A DNA stretch of 64,000 nt. Source: Lobosporangium transversale (taxonomy: Eukaryota). The notes beneath the pieces are model-generated. The model searched no databases. It was given only the letters and a program-made list of their open reading frames with translations, and was not told the origin of the DNA. Both the position numbers and the translations under genes were made by a program. Each line of letters opens with the position of its first letter. Position 1 is the first letter of the stretch. Shown here one piece after another: positions 37,650 to 51,793 of the stretch. The stretch lies in contig NW_019028999.1 of assembly GCF_002105155.1 (NCBI RefSeq), forward strand, positions 310,001-374,000, read 5' to 3'.

Positions 37650-38319
37650 TCTCAGAAGGGTTTGTTGTTTAATGATAGATGAAAAAAAAAAAAATAAAAA
37701 AAAAAAAATGATGCTTTTACAAAAAAAACAGAAACAATGATCACGTGCTATTAGCTGTGAATTAACAATGGTATATATAATGTGAACAGTAAACTGGCGT
37801 TGATACCCATTGATTTTTGTATTACGATTATTACTTCCATAAAGGTTTTTTTTTTTTTCAGTGCTGCGCATCGCTTTCTCTGGTATTTTACATTACAGGT
37901 CAGTAAAGAAAAACCCAACGCAACACACCCTTTGCTCATTTATGATCCATCCAACTATATGGGGCTGTCGCGTGAACGTGTTTTATTACAAAGTTTGACC
38001 TCATACATACCCTTTCACTCTTCATATTACATATTATATTTCTTTGGATCGGGGCTCATCCCTTCTCTGATCACATCCTTCTTCAACCGGATCTACCTTG
38101 GACGCAATCGCATCTGCCATTCGAAACTCTTTGCCAGTTGCAGGAGGGAGCCATTCCGACTGTTCTTTAAAATCTTTCTCACTCTCTCACTGTCTCACAC
38201 ACTCTTTCTTTCCATCAAGATCCTCTCTTTGCCCCTACAGCACTGCTTCACTCCTGCCCCTCGCCCCCTTCAGCCTCTCTCCACGACACTAGATTTAATC
38301 TAGGTGGGCTTAAAGCATC

Positions 38320-41300
38320 ATGGAATCAAATGCAAAGATGCGTGTAAAAGTGTACAAGCTCAGCACTGGGAACCAATGGATCGATCAAGGCACGGGTCAT
38401 TGTTCATGCGAGTTCAACTTGGTAAGGAACTATGTAATCAAATCAGGCACACAAAGGAATTGCATCGTCCGTGAAAGTGATTGAATGTCATCATAAGCAG
38501 GGTGCCATGGAGGACCATTAGGGTGCCGACACCAACTCGTCATCTGACCTTGTGTGACTCTGAAAGTTTCAAAAAAAGAAAAATTGCTTTGTCAGCGACA
38601 TGTGTGAACATGTATCTAAATTGATCATAAAGCCAAAAACCTAAATAAGCAAGTGCACTCTCACGCTCGCAGAGACAGCAAGAATGTCTTGAGGGTTGGG
38701 GCTCATGGGCTGCATGTCGTTTCCCTATTGGAACCATATGAAATACTGACACAATAGGGATACTCTCCCGGTCAACACCTTTTATTAGGACAAATCTGAA
38801 GGCACCCTAATTGTTCATTCCGAGGATGAGGAGGATAAAATCTTGTTGAGGACACGGATAAGAGTCGGCGAGGATCTATACCAGCGGCAACAAGGTATGA
38901 TGGTTACGAAATGATCCTTATAACATAGTTAAGTCTGCTTTGTGGAAACTTATTTTATTCCCTCTAACATGGTGATACCCATTGCTCGATAGAAACCTTG
39001 ATTGTATGGTCTGAGGATGATGGAGAGGACTTGGCACTCAGCTTTCAGGAAGCAGAAGGCTGTGGCGAGATATGGTAACGCAATTCAAGGGGCTATTTCG
39101 GCTTAGACTGAGACAAGAACTAAGCTCATTGTTACGCATTGACATAATCATTAATTAACTTATATTAATCGTTTTTTTGCGGTGTTACATAGGGATAATA
39201 TCAACGAGGTTCAGCAGCATTATGGTATGGTGGTGGTAATATGAGGGCTACACTGCAGTTTCTTTATTCCAAAAGTCATTACGGATCGATATATTAACTC
39301 TGGATTATCTCTTCTCTCACATAGCCGAGGACCTTTTTTCGGACCCTTCAGATGCAAATGGCGCCGGCAGCGGTGATTTTATTACGCTTCCCGATCCTGA
39401 TATTTCCAACCTTGCAGAGATTGAAATCCTCATCAAAGAAGCTCAGAATGGAATCAACGAAAAAGAAAAGTTGGCTGGCTATATTATCATCGATGTATGT
39501 GATCGTCATTAGAAAACAAGGGAGTGCCTCCCATAAATCGATGCGAAATAAGGAATAAAAGGGCTTTAGAGATTCTCACTAACGTTTCATCATCGTCTCT
39601 CTCATATAATAGAATTATATAGACAAGCTCTTCCCGATCCTAGAGACCTGTGAGGATTTGGAGAGTCGTTCAGACTTACATCTGTTGCACGGCATTATGC
39701 TTGGGATCAGTGAGTGACATATGATGTTGTTTTGATTAACTGGAGATCTTACAGGCAAATAATGTTAGAAAAATTGACAATTTACTCATTATTATCACCA
39801 TATTCATATCTCTTCCTGATCATCAATAATAGTCATGCTGAACGACATTGCTATTATCCAATATATTCTCAAGGATGAAATCATTATTGGCTGCTTGGGA
39901 ATGCTGGAATGTAAGAGAGTTATCCGGATTTTCTGAATTTATGGCGTCTTTTTCTTGAAAGAAACTTACCAATTATGCTTTCGCCACATTCCTTTTTGTA
40001 GACGATCCAGAGCTTGGTGACCAAAAGCAAGAATATAGGGAATTTCTCACTAAGCGGTCAAAGTATAAGCAAATTGTGCCTATTAATGACCCAGAAGTGG
40101 AGCAAAAGATCCATCAGGCCTATCGGTTGCATTTCCTAAGGGACACTGTATTGGCGCGCTTTGCAGACGAGCACTTGTCTTCGATCCTGGGCTCTTTAAT
40201 TTTCTTTCATAATATCGATATTGTCACTTATATTCATCAGGATCGGGCATTTTTGAAGGAGCTCTTTGGTATTTTGGAGAATGACTCGGAACCACTGGAG
40301 CGGAAAAGAGATGTGATCTTATTTGTACAACAAGTCTGCTCTATCGCCAAGACTACCCAACTTCCAACACGCGCTGGACTTTATCGGTATGCGATATACA
40401 CCCTCTAGACGGTGGGTATGTGACAAATGATATATATAATGAACATTTTCTGACAGAATACAATGTCTTCTAATTTAAACAGGACTCTTAGTCAAACTGG
40501 ACTATTCAACCTATTTGAGGCTGCTCTATCAGACACAGATCCAAAAATCAAGATGGCAGGGACAGAGATATTTATGTTTGCAATGGAGTACGATCCAAAT
40601 CTGATTAGGGCACATATCGTGAGACAAGCTGAGGAGAAGTCCTCAAAGCAGCTTATGGACATCATTTTGGATCAGTTTCTCGGAGAAGAAGACATGGGCA
40701 TCAAGCTACAGTACTCAGAGACTATTCGCCTCTTGTTAGACACTAATACAAGTCAAGGAGACAATGGTATTACAGCGACTTTAGACCCGACGCCTAATCT
40801 GGATCCGGATTCAGACAAGTTTCTCGAATTATTTTATGGCCCCTATATCGGAAAATTTGTATCGCCATTATTGGAACTTTCTGAAGGCAAGTACGGTTAT
40901 GCTATTTGCTTATTAACCATCTACATCTGTGGTCCATTCGACGATTTCATTTGATTCACTCGATTCTTTATAACGCTCTATCTAACTCTTCCCTTTTTTT
41001 CCTTTTTCCTTTTTTTTTTTTTTTTTTTTTTTTTGCTAATAGATGCCACAGTGTTTTCACGCTCAACAGCAACTGTCTGTGAAAACATTTGTCAGATCCT
41101 GTCGTTCATTGTTCGAAACCATACCTTTAGGAGCAAGTATTATGTCCTTTCAAGCGGCGTTGTTAGCAAAGTCTGTGTTCTGTTGAAAAATCGTGACCAA
41201 CACTTGCGGTTGTGTAAGTTGATAAGTTGATTTATATCATCTTCTATTGACTCCTATGCTATCCGTCCTCATCTTAATTATGTGTACTACTATATTGTAC

Positions 41301-42779
41301 GTAAATAGCTGCACTTCGGTTTTTCAGGACATGCATCGGCATGAATGACGACTTTTATCACCGCTATCTGATCAAACAAAACATCATCCAGTATATCGTG
41401 GACATGCTTCTCTCAACTAATAACAAAAACAACCTGTTGAATTCCGCTTGCATCGAGTTTTTTGATTATATTCGCAATGTACGTCAAACTATCAATAATT
41501 TACATGGTATAGTCAGGCATACTTACTAAAGATTATGAGGAGGAGGGATTGACTTCTTTTTCTTTGTTATTTGCTGCATCATTAGGAAAATATCAAGTCG
41601 TTAATATCGCACATTGTACCTCTTTATGGTGACAAATTCAAAGATATCGAGTATGTTAATACTTTCAAGGCATTGATTAGGAGATATGAACAACAGCAGG
41701 ATACCTCAGTGGCTGACGCCGAAGCTGCAGATGCAGTCGCGAGTGAAGCAAGTGCCACTAAACGAGTAGGGCTGGGACAGAAAGCCTGGTCATCATCAAC
41801 AATGGACGATGATGAAGAAGCGTATTTCAACAACTCTGATGATGAAGACGAAGTACCAAACGAAAGCAAGCAAGAGGACGATCCACCAACGTCTGACCTT
41901 AGGAGGAGAGTTAAAGAGTCTTCTGATGATGATTCGGGAGAAGAACATGAAGGACATGATTTATCTGGAAATGAGGTAGATAAAGGTACAGAACCTGTCC
42001 TTGCTTCTCAAACTTCGCCGCCACCGCCACCTACTCTGATGCGGAGGAAACTCGTAGATTATCTAGACGATGATGACAATGAAGAAGAGTGGGCATTTAA
42101 TCGAAGCTTGAGAAAGCCCACCTCTCCAGCATCGCCGCCTCCAGATCCCACATCAACAGAGTCTCCAGAGAAAAAAATCAAGCTTGATTCTGAGCAGACA
42201 GGAGGAAGTCATCAGGATCAACTGATGGGAGACGTTTCGAATACCAATGATACACCAGGAACTTCCCTTGAGGGATCAAATTCACCCATTAAGTTCAAGC
42301 TGAATAGTCTACGGAATGGGCGATCGCCTTCACCATTATCCTCCTCTAGCCCTAAATCCAGATCGGTATCACCGTTGTCGTCTGGATTGCCTCCAGTTGC
42401 CACGCGTACCGGAATTGCGTTTGTCAAAGCCAGTTCTGTCGATACTGAAAGTCATTCTAGCGATAGTGAATCTGGCTCGGCCTCAATTGATAAGACAGAT
42501 ATGCTTTCTGCAGCGGCAATTCATTTAAGAAGCGACATGGCTAGGGACTTCAAACGGTTAGCAGACGAAGAAGAAAAAGGAAAAGAAGAAGAAGAAGAAG
42601 AGAGTCTTAGCCTCAACGGGGAAACACAAGTATCATCAGGTGACTTAAAAGGCGCAATTTCAGCCTCAACTGATGATACAACGAAATTGGTAGAGCCAAA
42701 CATAGCCGCTATTTCTAACGCAGGTGAAAGCACGACCTCAGAAGAGACATCAAACAGCCCTACCAGTTATGCAGAATAG
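38320..42779 (+). CDS. PSY2: Protein phosphatase 4 regulatory subunit 3 (Psy2/SMEK), multi-exon
   Basis: EVH1-like [45 protein letters not shown]-1 domain [51 protein letters not shown]. Confidence 0.94.
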
Positions 42780-43129
42780 CGGTGCTTCTGCCATCAGTTA
42801 CCTTTCAGCACTGTCGCAGTACGTTTCGAGAACATTCAATGACAGTCATGACTCTAATCCTCTCCAACTTTACTCATCTTTTTGTCCATTTTTTTTTTTC
42901 TCATGCATCCCTTCTCTCAATCATATTACCCGCGCAACATTCAAGTACCTCCGAAGGAAAAAAAAGAAAAAAAAAGGAGTGCAAAAATTTATGATCTATC
43001 TTGTACACTACTATTATTATTAAATACACATCTACATAAAAAAGAAAAAGGAAAACATCCCGTGTATTTCTTTTGAAAAAAATGTGCAAGGCTATAAGAA
43101 TGTTGAAGACAAAAAAATATTTATACTAT

Positions 43130-44659
43130 TTACTCCAGAGGAATACTCTGTGGGAATCTGAAAACGTTAGAAGGGTCGTATGTGGATTTGATCTGTTTTA
43201 GGCGAGGGACAGCAGAGCCGTAGTAGGCCTCTAACCAGTTAGGGATGTCCAAGTCGATGTAGTTCTGGTATCCACGCACAGTTTCAGAGTAATTCTCTTT
43301 GTAGTCGGCTAAGAGCTCCTCATACATGTCATCCATCCACTTCAGGCAAGGCTTGCAATCAGGTTTGCCGGGTTTGGCCTTGGGATTTGCATCCCACTCA
43401 GCAACGAACTCGACGACAGTGTATGCATCGCGATGGATAAAGGAAGTAGCGGAAGCAGACGTGTCCTTGACAGCACCGCCCCAGAGGTCGATAATGAGGT
43501 AGTTGGCAGTCATGCCCTTTGGTTTTATAGCACCCCATTTGCCAAACAAAGCAATAGTAGAAGCCTTAAGCATTGTAGGGTAGACCAGGGACTTGCCTTT
43601 GGTATAACGAGAGTCGCCAGGATAATAAGGAGGTCGAAGAGCCAAGCCCTCAATGTTCTTGGGATCAGGGCCGGAAATGAAGGCGAAACGAAGTTGAGCA
43701 TCAATATGTCGCTCCTCACGGACATCTGAGCCTCTAGGCTTGGGAGCAGCATTGAAGAAAGACTTCATAGCAGCAGCAGCTTGGCTCTTAGTCCCCTGGA
43801 ATATTCCATACATCATCAATCCGTCGGGAGCGACATTCATTTCGACACCGACGTCGCGGCTACCCTTCTGGAATTCTAGATAGGCCTTGAGAACATCATC
43901 GTTGTCTGAAAGATTCCACTCATATGTGAAGGAAGTCACCTTGGAAGCAGGCTTGACAGGTTTGATAGTGAAGGAGGTGACAACGCCAAAGGATCCACCG
44001 CCAGCACCACGGAGTGCATAGAACAGATCTGGGTGGCTGGTAGCAGAGACCTTCAGGAGTTCACCATCCGCGTTAACGACCTCCATCTCTTCAATACGGT
44101 CAATCAAAAGACCATATTTACGAGAGAGTAATCCAAATCCACCACCAAGAGCATGTCCGCCAATGCCGACACTGGGGCATGTTCCTGCATTGATGGTCCA
44201 GCCTCCTTGTTTAAATAACTCGAGATAGAGCTTTCCAAGACGGACACCAGCCCCGACCTTGGCTTTAGAGCCTGTCACTTTGACTGTACCCAGGCCAGCC
44301 AAGTCTATGACCAGGGATCCATCCTGGCCGCCGATGGAATAGCCCTCAAAGGAATGGCCACCTGATCGAGGTGCCACAGCGACATTGGCATCTTTAGCAC
44401 ACCTGACCGCTAATTGAACATCAGCTGCAGAGGAGGCCTTGACAATGACCTCGGGTTCAAATGTATACCGCAAATCAAATGCATAGCGTTCCTTCTCATA
44501 GGCTCCAGAGTTTGCACTGGTAATGACTTTACTACCCAATGACTTTAAGCATTTGGCGAGCTGTTGTGAGGAACCGGAGGGAGCAGTAGGGGCAGCTGCC
44601 AGTGCCATGGAACTGATGGCCAGAAGCAGCGTCGCGCTTCCAAGTGTATGCATAATCAT
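43130..44659 (-). CDS. Secreted FAD-linked oxidase, berberine-bridge-enzyme/AA7-like; intronless
   Basis: Signal peptide; RSGGHSFEG (His flavinylation), GTCPSVGIGGHALGGG (Cys flavinylation), DLFYALRGAGGGSFGVVT, YQNYID..YYG..RLKQIK..YDPSNVF. Confidence 0.93.
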   Translation of the reverse strand: MIMHTLGSATLLLAISSMALAAAPTAPSGSSQQLAKCLKSLGSKVITSANSGAYEKERYAFDLRYTFEPEVIVKASSAADVQLAVRCAKDANVAVAPRSGGHSFEGYSIGGQDGSLVIDLAGLGTVKVTGSKAKVGAGVRLGKLYLELFKQGGWTINAGTCPSVGIGGHALGGGFGLLSRKYGLLIDRIEEMEVVNADGELLKVSATSHPDLFYALRGAGGGSFGVVTSFTIKPVKPASKVTSFTYEWNLSDNDDVLKAYLEFQKGSRDVGVEMNVAPDGLMMYGIFQGTKSQAAAAMKSFFNAAPKPRGSDVREERHIDAQLRFAFISGPDPKNIEGLALRPPYYPGDSRYTKGKSLVYPTMLKASTIALFGKWGAIKPKGMTANYLIIDLWGGAVKDTSASATSFIHRDAYTVVEFVAEWDANPKAKPGKPDCKPCLKWMDDMYEELLADYKENYSETVRGYQNYIDLDIPNWLEAYYGSAVPRLKQIKSTYDPSNVFRFPQSIPLE

Positions 44660-45512
44660 TATAAATTCCTTTTTTTTTTTTCTATTGAAGGAATATAAAA
44701 AAACAAAAATGGGGACGAGGAATTTAGTATGAGAAAGAAAAAGGTGTGGAGAAGAAAAATAGAGAGAAGAAAAGGAAGAAGGGAAGGAGAGCTTTAAAAG
44801 AAAAAAGAAGCTTTAACGGAGGGTAACTGAGACACAGAGAGAGGGTGAACAATTGAGGTACAAAGTCCACGAAAAATGGGACAATAAATTAACTAATTAT
44901 AAATTATTTTTTTATTTTACATGGATGAGATGGAAACTGATTAGAATGGGCTTTCAAACAATTATGACGCCTAGTTGCTGAACTCGGGAGCAGGGTCCGT
45001 TTTACACAATACCGTAAGTACATGAATATGCACGCTCGAAGACATCGAGGACATTGAAGGCATGGAAAAACTCTTTTTTTTTTCCCATCACTAAAAGGAG
45101 TAAAGCTATTTTTATAAAGGCGTGCAAATAAGAAACACGATCAGCCAATCACCCGATGATCCTGGGGACCTAATCGTTTGGATAGGAGCAATAGGAGATG
45201 AAAAAGATGTTGCATTGCTTTTTTTCCTGTGATGTCAAGGGGGTCGAAAAGGTCATCCATGGCGTCGTATAAAAGTTACAAAAATAGGATTTTTTTAACC
45301 GCCGTTTGTCTGTGTGTCCGTCTATTTATTGCATGTGTTGTGTCTTTTTTCATCAATCTCTGTTTACTGCTTTTCGTGAGTCTACCTTTGTCTGTCTCCT
45401 GTACCACCAAAAATGCAAATGCGCCGCACTTGCAAGTATAAAAGGAACAACATGTCATTGTGGACTAAATATAAATTCAAAAATATAATGGCAAATTTTG
45501 GATCATAAATGT

Positions 45513-48500
45513 TTATGGTCGTGCACTCGCTGCTAAATTATATTTCTGGATGTACGCCTGTAGTTTAGGGTTTATCGCTTTGGGTGCTCCGCGTACGCCT
45601 GCAGGACCAGTCTCAAATCCTCTGTTAATCGATGTCTCACCTGCGCTTGGATCATTACCTAGTCTTGGCAATGGTTTGTTACTAATAGGAGATACAGGCC
45701 CTTGCGTAGATGGTGATATATTAATAAAACCATTGCTTTGATCACTGCTGGTGCTGGAACTAGCCTTGAGTGGTGGAATGGCCTTCTTGTTTTTATAATC
45801 TACTGGTCTCTCAATCATCCTAGACCGAGATGTCGATTCATGAATTTTAGGTAGCGTTTTATCAAAGTTTGGAGCGGCCACTGATGCTGCTGGCGCTGAC
45901 GCGGATATTGGCTCGATGGCAATAGCTTCAACCGCAAGTGGCACGGAGATGGCTGGCAAAGGTTCAGCACGAGTTGACTCGTCCAAAAATCTAGACCCTG
46001 GTTGTGAACGGCTTTGGGCTTGTTGCGTAGTCAAAATAACTGGGCTTGCTGTCTTTACTAGATGATGGCTCTTAGACCGTCCATATTCGTTATGGTTTGT
46101 TTCGGCTAGATTGGGCGTGGTACTCACTATGATACTTGATATTGGTACTGCTGGAAGATCAAGCATGGGGGGCTGTTGAACATCCATTGAATAAATTGTT
46201 TGAAAGTGAATATCCCTCATGGTTAGGTCGTGTTGTTGCTCAACAAGCTGATGGCTACCATGTGATAAAGGCGAAAACTTCTTGCTGTTACTTTCTAGAT
46301 CTATAGGTTGGCCATCTCTGTCATCCACAGCTGGTAATGAAGGTTGTATTGGAGATGTAGAATTTCCATCGCTGGTATTACTAGAGTTTAGCTTTAGCCA
46401 ACCAAAGCCTGAAGCCGCCGCCGTAGCGGCATTCAGTGCACCTCCAGCCAGCGCATGGATCAAGTGGCCACTGTTATTGTTACTATTGTTATTATTATCA
46501 TTGATGACTTGTCGGAGTTTGCCCGTATTTACCATGTACCCGCCTGTATGTGCGCCAGTTGCGCGGATGCTGTACTTGGCTGCAATGGCCTGAGCACGGA
46601 TGTCATTGTGCATTTGCTGTTGTGATTCTGCACTCGTAAGTTGATCTATTTGATTGGTATCCTTATTATCCTCATCTGCTTCCTCTATTGCACTCGTTAA
46701 ATCCCTAGGAGAAGCAGCAGTGGCTATTTCAGACTCTAGGACTGGAATTACTTGAGGAGCTCTTACAGAAGGTGCAGGAGCTAATGGTCGCTCAAGCTCG
46801 TGAACTCCATCATCTGTTGCTCTTGCTTCATTTGGATGATTCTGAGGATGATGCTGATCGACGTTTGCATGATCCTCAGGACTCATCATGGCAGTCGCGA
46901 CTGAGATAGGCACATGAGAAAGTGACTTTCCTGTTTCTTGATTTAAATGGTTCGAAGGAATACTCAAGGCCTTAGGCTTCGCCGCAACAGAAGGCTTGGT
47001 CCCTGAAACTGGCTTACGAGCTGCCTTGGGATAAACAAATCCACTATTAGAACTCTGAGTTGCACCTGGTATCATGCTCCGTTCGTTAATCTTCTTCACA
47101 TTATGGGCATTGATCCCAGTGGTCGAACCGGTTTGGGTAGAGGTGATGGAGTGTTGAATGGGAGCAGGTGGTTTTGCTTTGGGCACTGGCGTTGGCTTTG
47201 GGACATAGGCATTTTGTCGAACAAAGCTGATTGAATCTTGTTTCCTGTGCTCTTTGAGAGGTAAATGGCCTGATCGTGTCGGTGGCTCGAATCTCGGTGG
47301 AGATTTTGATAGCCCCCGGGGCTGCTGCAAATGCTTTGACTGTCCATACGAAGTAGACGTAGCCGACTGCATCTTAGATTCTAGGCTTAACCTAGGCTCA
47401 AAATTACGTGAGGAGGAACCAGCTTTAATGTTTGGTTGTTGTGAATTAAGAACTGGAATAGGTAATGGTCTACTCATCGGAATGTGTCGCAGCTCAGCAC
47501 TAGATTTTGGCTGCGTGGAGGGAGTGTCCTTGGTTGCTTCTCCCTCTTGCAGGTCCTTTGGCAAATCAGTCGACTCTGCACTTCTACTCAAGAGCCGTGA
47601 AAGGCCTGACGGATTATTTGGGCGGCTTGAAGAGACCGAAACTAGGATAGGGACTCTGGTGTTGGGATTTGATTCAACAGAGGATGTAGTGTGGGGGCCA
47701 ACTGGCTCTGGCTGGGGTGCACTTTTCCTAAGGCTTGCAGTATCTACCATATGATCCTGGACGGGGGAAGCAATCTTCTTGACGCGTTCAAACGCCTCTC
47801 GAGCAAGAGCTAAACTTTCGGGTGTCTGAAGAGGAATAGGGACAGGGGAGAGAGATCGCGCACGTGCTGTAGCCATGGTGGCTCCTGCTCGCAAAGACGA
47901 CCCGGCCCCTGGTGGGGAGGGCAAGGGTAGCGGTTTCGCAAATAGCGGTGGGTCGGTAATACAGTCTTCAGGTGCACTGCCAAACGCTTCTGTCTGTGGT
48001 GCTGCGGGCTGACGATGCGGGTGGTGTAAGAATCGAGAAGTTGTTTGATTGGTATAAGGCATGGCCTTTGGGGACGGAGGGAATTGACTGCTGGCGCCAA
48101 ACGCCGTTGGACTATCATAGCTCTGCGGAGATGCCCCTGTAGGACTATATTGAGAGGTGAATGACCCAACTTGCGTATTGATAGGATCTACGTCAGGTCG
48201 TCGCCTGTTCGGAGAAGCAGCTGGGATTTGAATAGGCGAAACGGATCGAGCAATTGGTTGAGCTTCAGGCATTTGACCGTACATCCCATCAAGCTCTTTC
48301 TTCGTAATCCATTGATGAATAGCGGACGCCATCTTTTTATCATCTAAATCAAATTCGACGTTATCTCCTTCAAAACGCGATAGGGCACCATTCTTAGCCA
48401 TTTCTTGCTGATACTGAGCAGCAGCTTTCAAGAACTCTTTGGCTTTGGTTGTCGGTGGAGGCTGAAATGGTGTGTAACGGACACGCTCCACAGCTGGAAC

Positions 48501-50824
48501 ATATGCAATCGGCATCGCAGGCCCCAATGGTGGCGATTTAGCTAACTGGCGGCGTCCTTGCTGTTCGTCCATATGCTTAGATCCTTGCCGATGTTCGTGT
48601 TGGAGATGACTACTTGATGACGGACTGGTTGATCGCTGGATTTTGTCCGCGAGCTTACTTAGTTTTTGTTTTGGACTAGAAAGGATACTTTTGATGGATG
48701 TGATAGAATTAGCGGGAGATAACTCTCTCGCGTCTTGACTCCATTCACCCATACGTCCACTATCTGCATATCCATCCTGTTTCTCGGTTCCGTCAGAAGT
48801 CCAAGGCAACTCGCGTCCGGTGCCACTACCAGCATGACGACCACCAGCCGTTGGCGAGGCCAAGCTGTCATTGGACCCTACTCTTCTGCTGGAACGAGTC
48901 GGCTTATTGTTGTCCAAATCCAACTCCTCATCTACAAGATTATAGTGATGTGGTAAATGATTTTCATCTAGCTTCGGTTTAGGTGCGGGCGTTAAGGATG
49001 CAGGATGACAGATTTTTACTGGGATCTCTACAGATAATTCGCCACTATTAAGGAGCAATGAAGAGTATTATTTTTATTTTTTTTTTTTAGATATTTAGCG
49101 ATTCAAAAAAAAAGAAAAAAAAAGAAAAAAAAAGAAAAAAAAAATGGCCTTTTGATAAATACCTGAATGCGCCTAGGAGCATGGAAACCACAACAAAGCA
49201 TGTCACTTCAAACAGCGCTGTTCCTCGAATTGTCCGGGCATTCCCGGGGACAATCATATTGAGGGTCGTTGTACGTTCCTCACCTGTGTCGAACAGGTAG
49301 CTAGATGATTTGAATTCCTGTGTCCCCATTACTTCCGAGACACTCACTGTATCAATCTGAAGTCCTGGATTTTGTTGCGCTTTGGCTTTATTCGAGACCA
49401 TTTCCAGCCTCCTTGCGACGCCTAGGCGGATGCCTTGAACCTATATACAGTTTTTAAAAAAAAAAAAAAAAAAAAAAAATCAGTGCTTTGCCTCAAAGAC
49501 TTGAAAATATGACCATGAAAAGCAACTATAGATCGAGTATTAGTAATCACCTTACGACTCGTATTGTTCTTGACCTTGACCTCGACATTCAAATTTCCTC
49601 CTGCACTATGTAGTTTCTCCGATAGCTTCGCTTCGAGAACAAGTGATCCACTGCCACCCCAAAACAGCTTTGTTGAATTGCTTGCCTGAACAGGTAATTT
49701 ATAATCTGGATTGTATCCGTCCCACGCCTCTACTACGAAAGCCTCCTTCGTTTTCATGATGGTTTCATCTTTACCATGATAGAAGACCTGAACTAGCCTT
49801 TTTTTTTTTTTTTTTTTTTTTTTTACAACAAGCAAATAAATATTAGTAAAGAAAAGGGCTTACAAAATTCTAAAGTTGGCACCTCTAGTTCCCAAAGCTG
49901 CCTGATTTAATCTCTATTGAACATACCCTGTGACAACATATCGAAGACTGGCTGTCTGACCAAATACCAGACTACTAGGACAATCCAGAGGGAGTTGAAA
50001 TGCAAACGGAAATGTGGTCTTACCCTTCTTGGCCATCCAGAATCCGTCTTCATCACATGGACCATGGACCGCATTGGAGGGTGGGATATTCGGGCCTTGA
50101 AAACAAAGACGCGACGAGAGAAAGGACTGGGTTGCAGTGAAATCTTTGGATGTGATTTCTATATCCGTGACAAGAAAAAAAAAAAGTTAATAAGTTTATA
50201 TTATGGAGACATAATCATATATTTTCTTTTTTCCTTGCTATTACCTTCATAGGCTGCCAATTCAACAGCAATTTCACCTAGTTTCAAAGACCGTGAGCTA
50301 GTTGCAGTGATCTCCATGCGACCAAATAGATTCCCTCCAGCCTGAAAGATGGTGGAATCAAAAAAGATGCGAATCTTGAGTTTACTACATTTTGCGGGCT
50401 GAGTAGTCGTAGGTCTGAATGCAATGCTGTTGGCGAGGGTTAGTGCTGATGCTGCCGCTGCCTCTATGCCAGACACAAACCCAGAGCCTCCTCCTGATGA
50501 CTCAGGGACGGATCCAGGTGGTGGTAGAATAGGAGGCATTTTGGGTTGTACTGCGCTTGGTGGCGCGGCTGGAATGTTTGTTTTATTAGGCGGTTGTTCA
50601 TATTGTTTGTTATATCGTTGAGTGACCATGGATGTAGTAGAGGGTTGGTGGGAGTCATAGTAATCATCTTCTTGTCGTTGTTCGGTAGGATCAAAATGCC
50701 GGTATCGAGACCGTCCTCTTTCTGCTACATCATGATGTGCATACGAACTATAAGAAAGAGGAGAAGAATCGACCGGAGAGCGCGGATGGTGGGTACGGTT
50801 TATCTCGACAGCAGCTGAATACAT
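45513..50824 (-). CDS. Arrestin-fold protein with a very long disordered Pro/Ser-rich C-terminus (multi-exon)
   Basis: KIRIFFDSTIFQAGGNLFGRMEIT..LGEIAVELAAYE, KGKTTFPFAFQLP, KLFWGGSGSLVLEAKL..VEVKVKNNTSRK, ELSVEIPVKICHPASL followed by a 3.5-kb last exon. Confidence 0.8.
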
Positions 50825-51793
50825 AGCGTCGAGTGAAAAGAGTTGCAATTGATCGTGGTGAGATGCAGGAACAGTGCTACGACAGGCAAGGGGTAATTTC
50901 GACTGAATGTGTAAAGTAATTGATGATATCAAAAGGTCGTAGTGATAGCACGGATGCAGACCAAGAATTAGAGCTATTTAGGTGGCAACTGGAAGAGACA
51001 GAAGGAGGGATGGCATGTAAAAAGTGAAGGCTAAAAAGCGGTGAGGGTTTTTGTGTGGAAAGTGAAAGAGAGTAATATGAATCAATCAATGTTCGATCGC
51101 TATACTTGACAAAGTGGAAGAGAAGAGGAAGGGAATGGAGAAAGGAGTGAAAAAAAAAAAAAAAAAAAAAAAAAAGTCGCCATCGTCGTCATAGACAATG
51201 CAGTTTTTCAGGTCAGGTACGTTGCTACAACCCCTTGGTTCTATTTTACAATACAATCCCCTGCTGATTGTACGAGAATGATGATGGATGATGATGCAGT
51301 TTCCCCAGAGAGAAAGAAAAAAAAAAGCCCCTATTATTCAACTCATGACCAGCAGCCTCGCTGTCTGCGCAAGACTTGTGGAAAGCACAAATGACCGGTA
51401 TCGTAACGTTCCCCCTTTTTAAAAAAAAATTAGGAACGAAGTTTGCATGTACCAAAGCTGTTGTCATTGAATACACCAAATTGTTCCCATGGCAACCAGA
51501 GCAAAATCAAAAAAAAAAAAAAAAAAAAAAAAAAATTACGCGCCACCAAATGGCGAACTAAGGATGTGTATTGTTGATTGCTAGTTTAAATTAGCACCCC
51601 GTAATCGTGCAGCAAATGCGATGGATCTCTTTTTTTACACGCTCGGTGACAAAAGGCATCTCAGGAGCTCGCATTGCAAACCAATCTTTCATTGCTCATT
51701 TCTTTTCACATCCGCTGTGGGCAACTAAGCGTTTTTTAAACTACAAAAACTGAAAAGAAGGAAAGAAAAAGAAAAAAAGTCTATCTCAACGCA

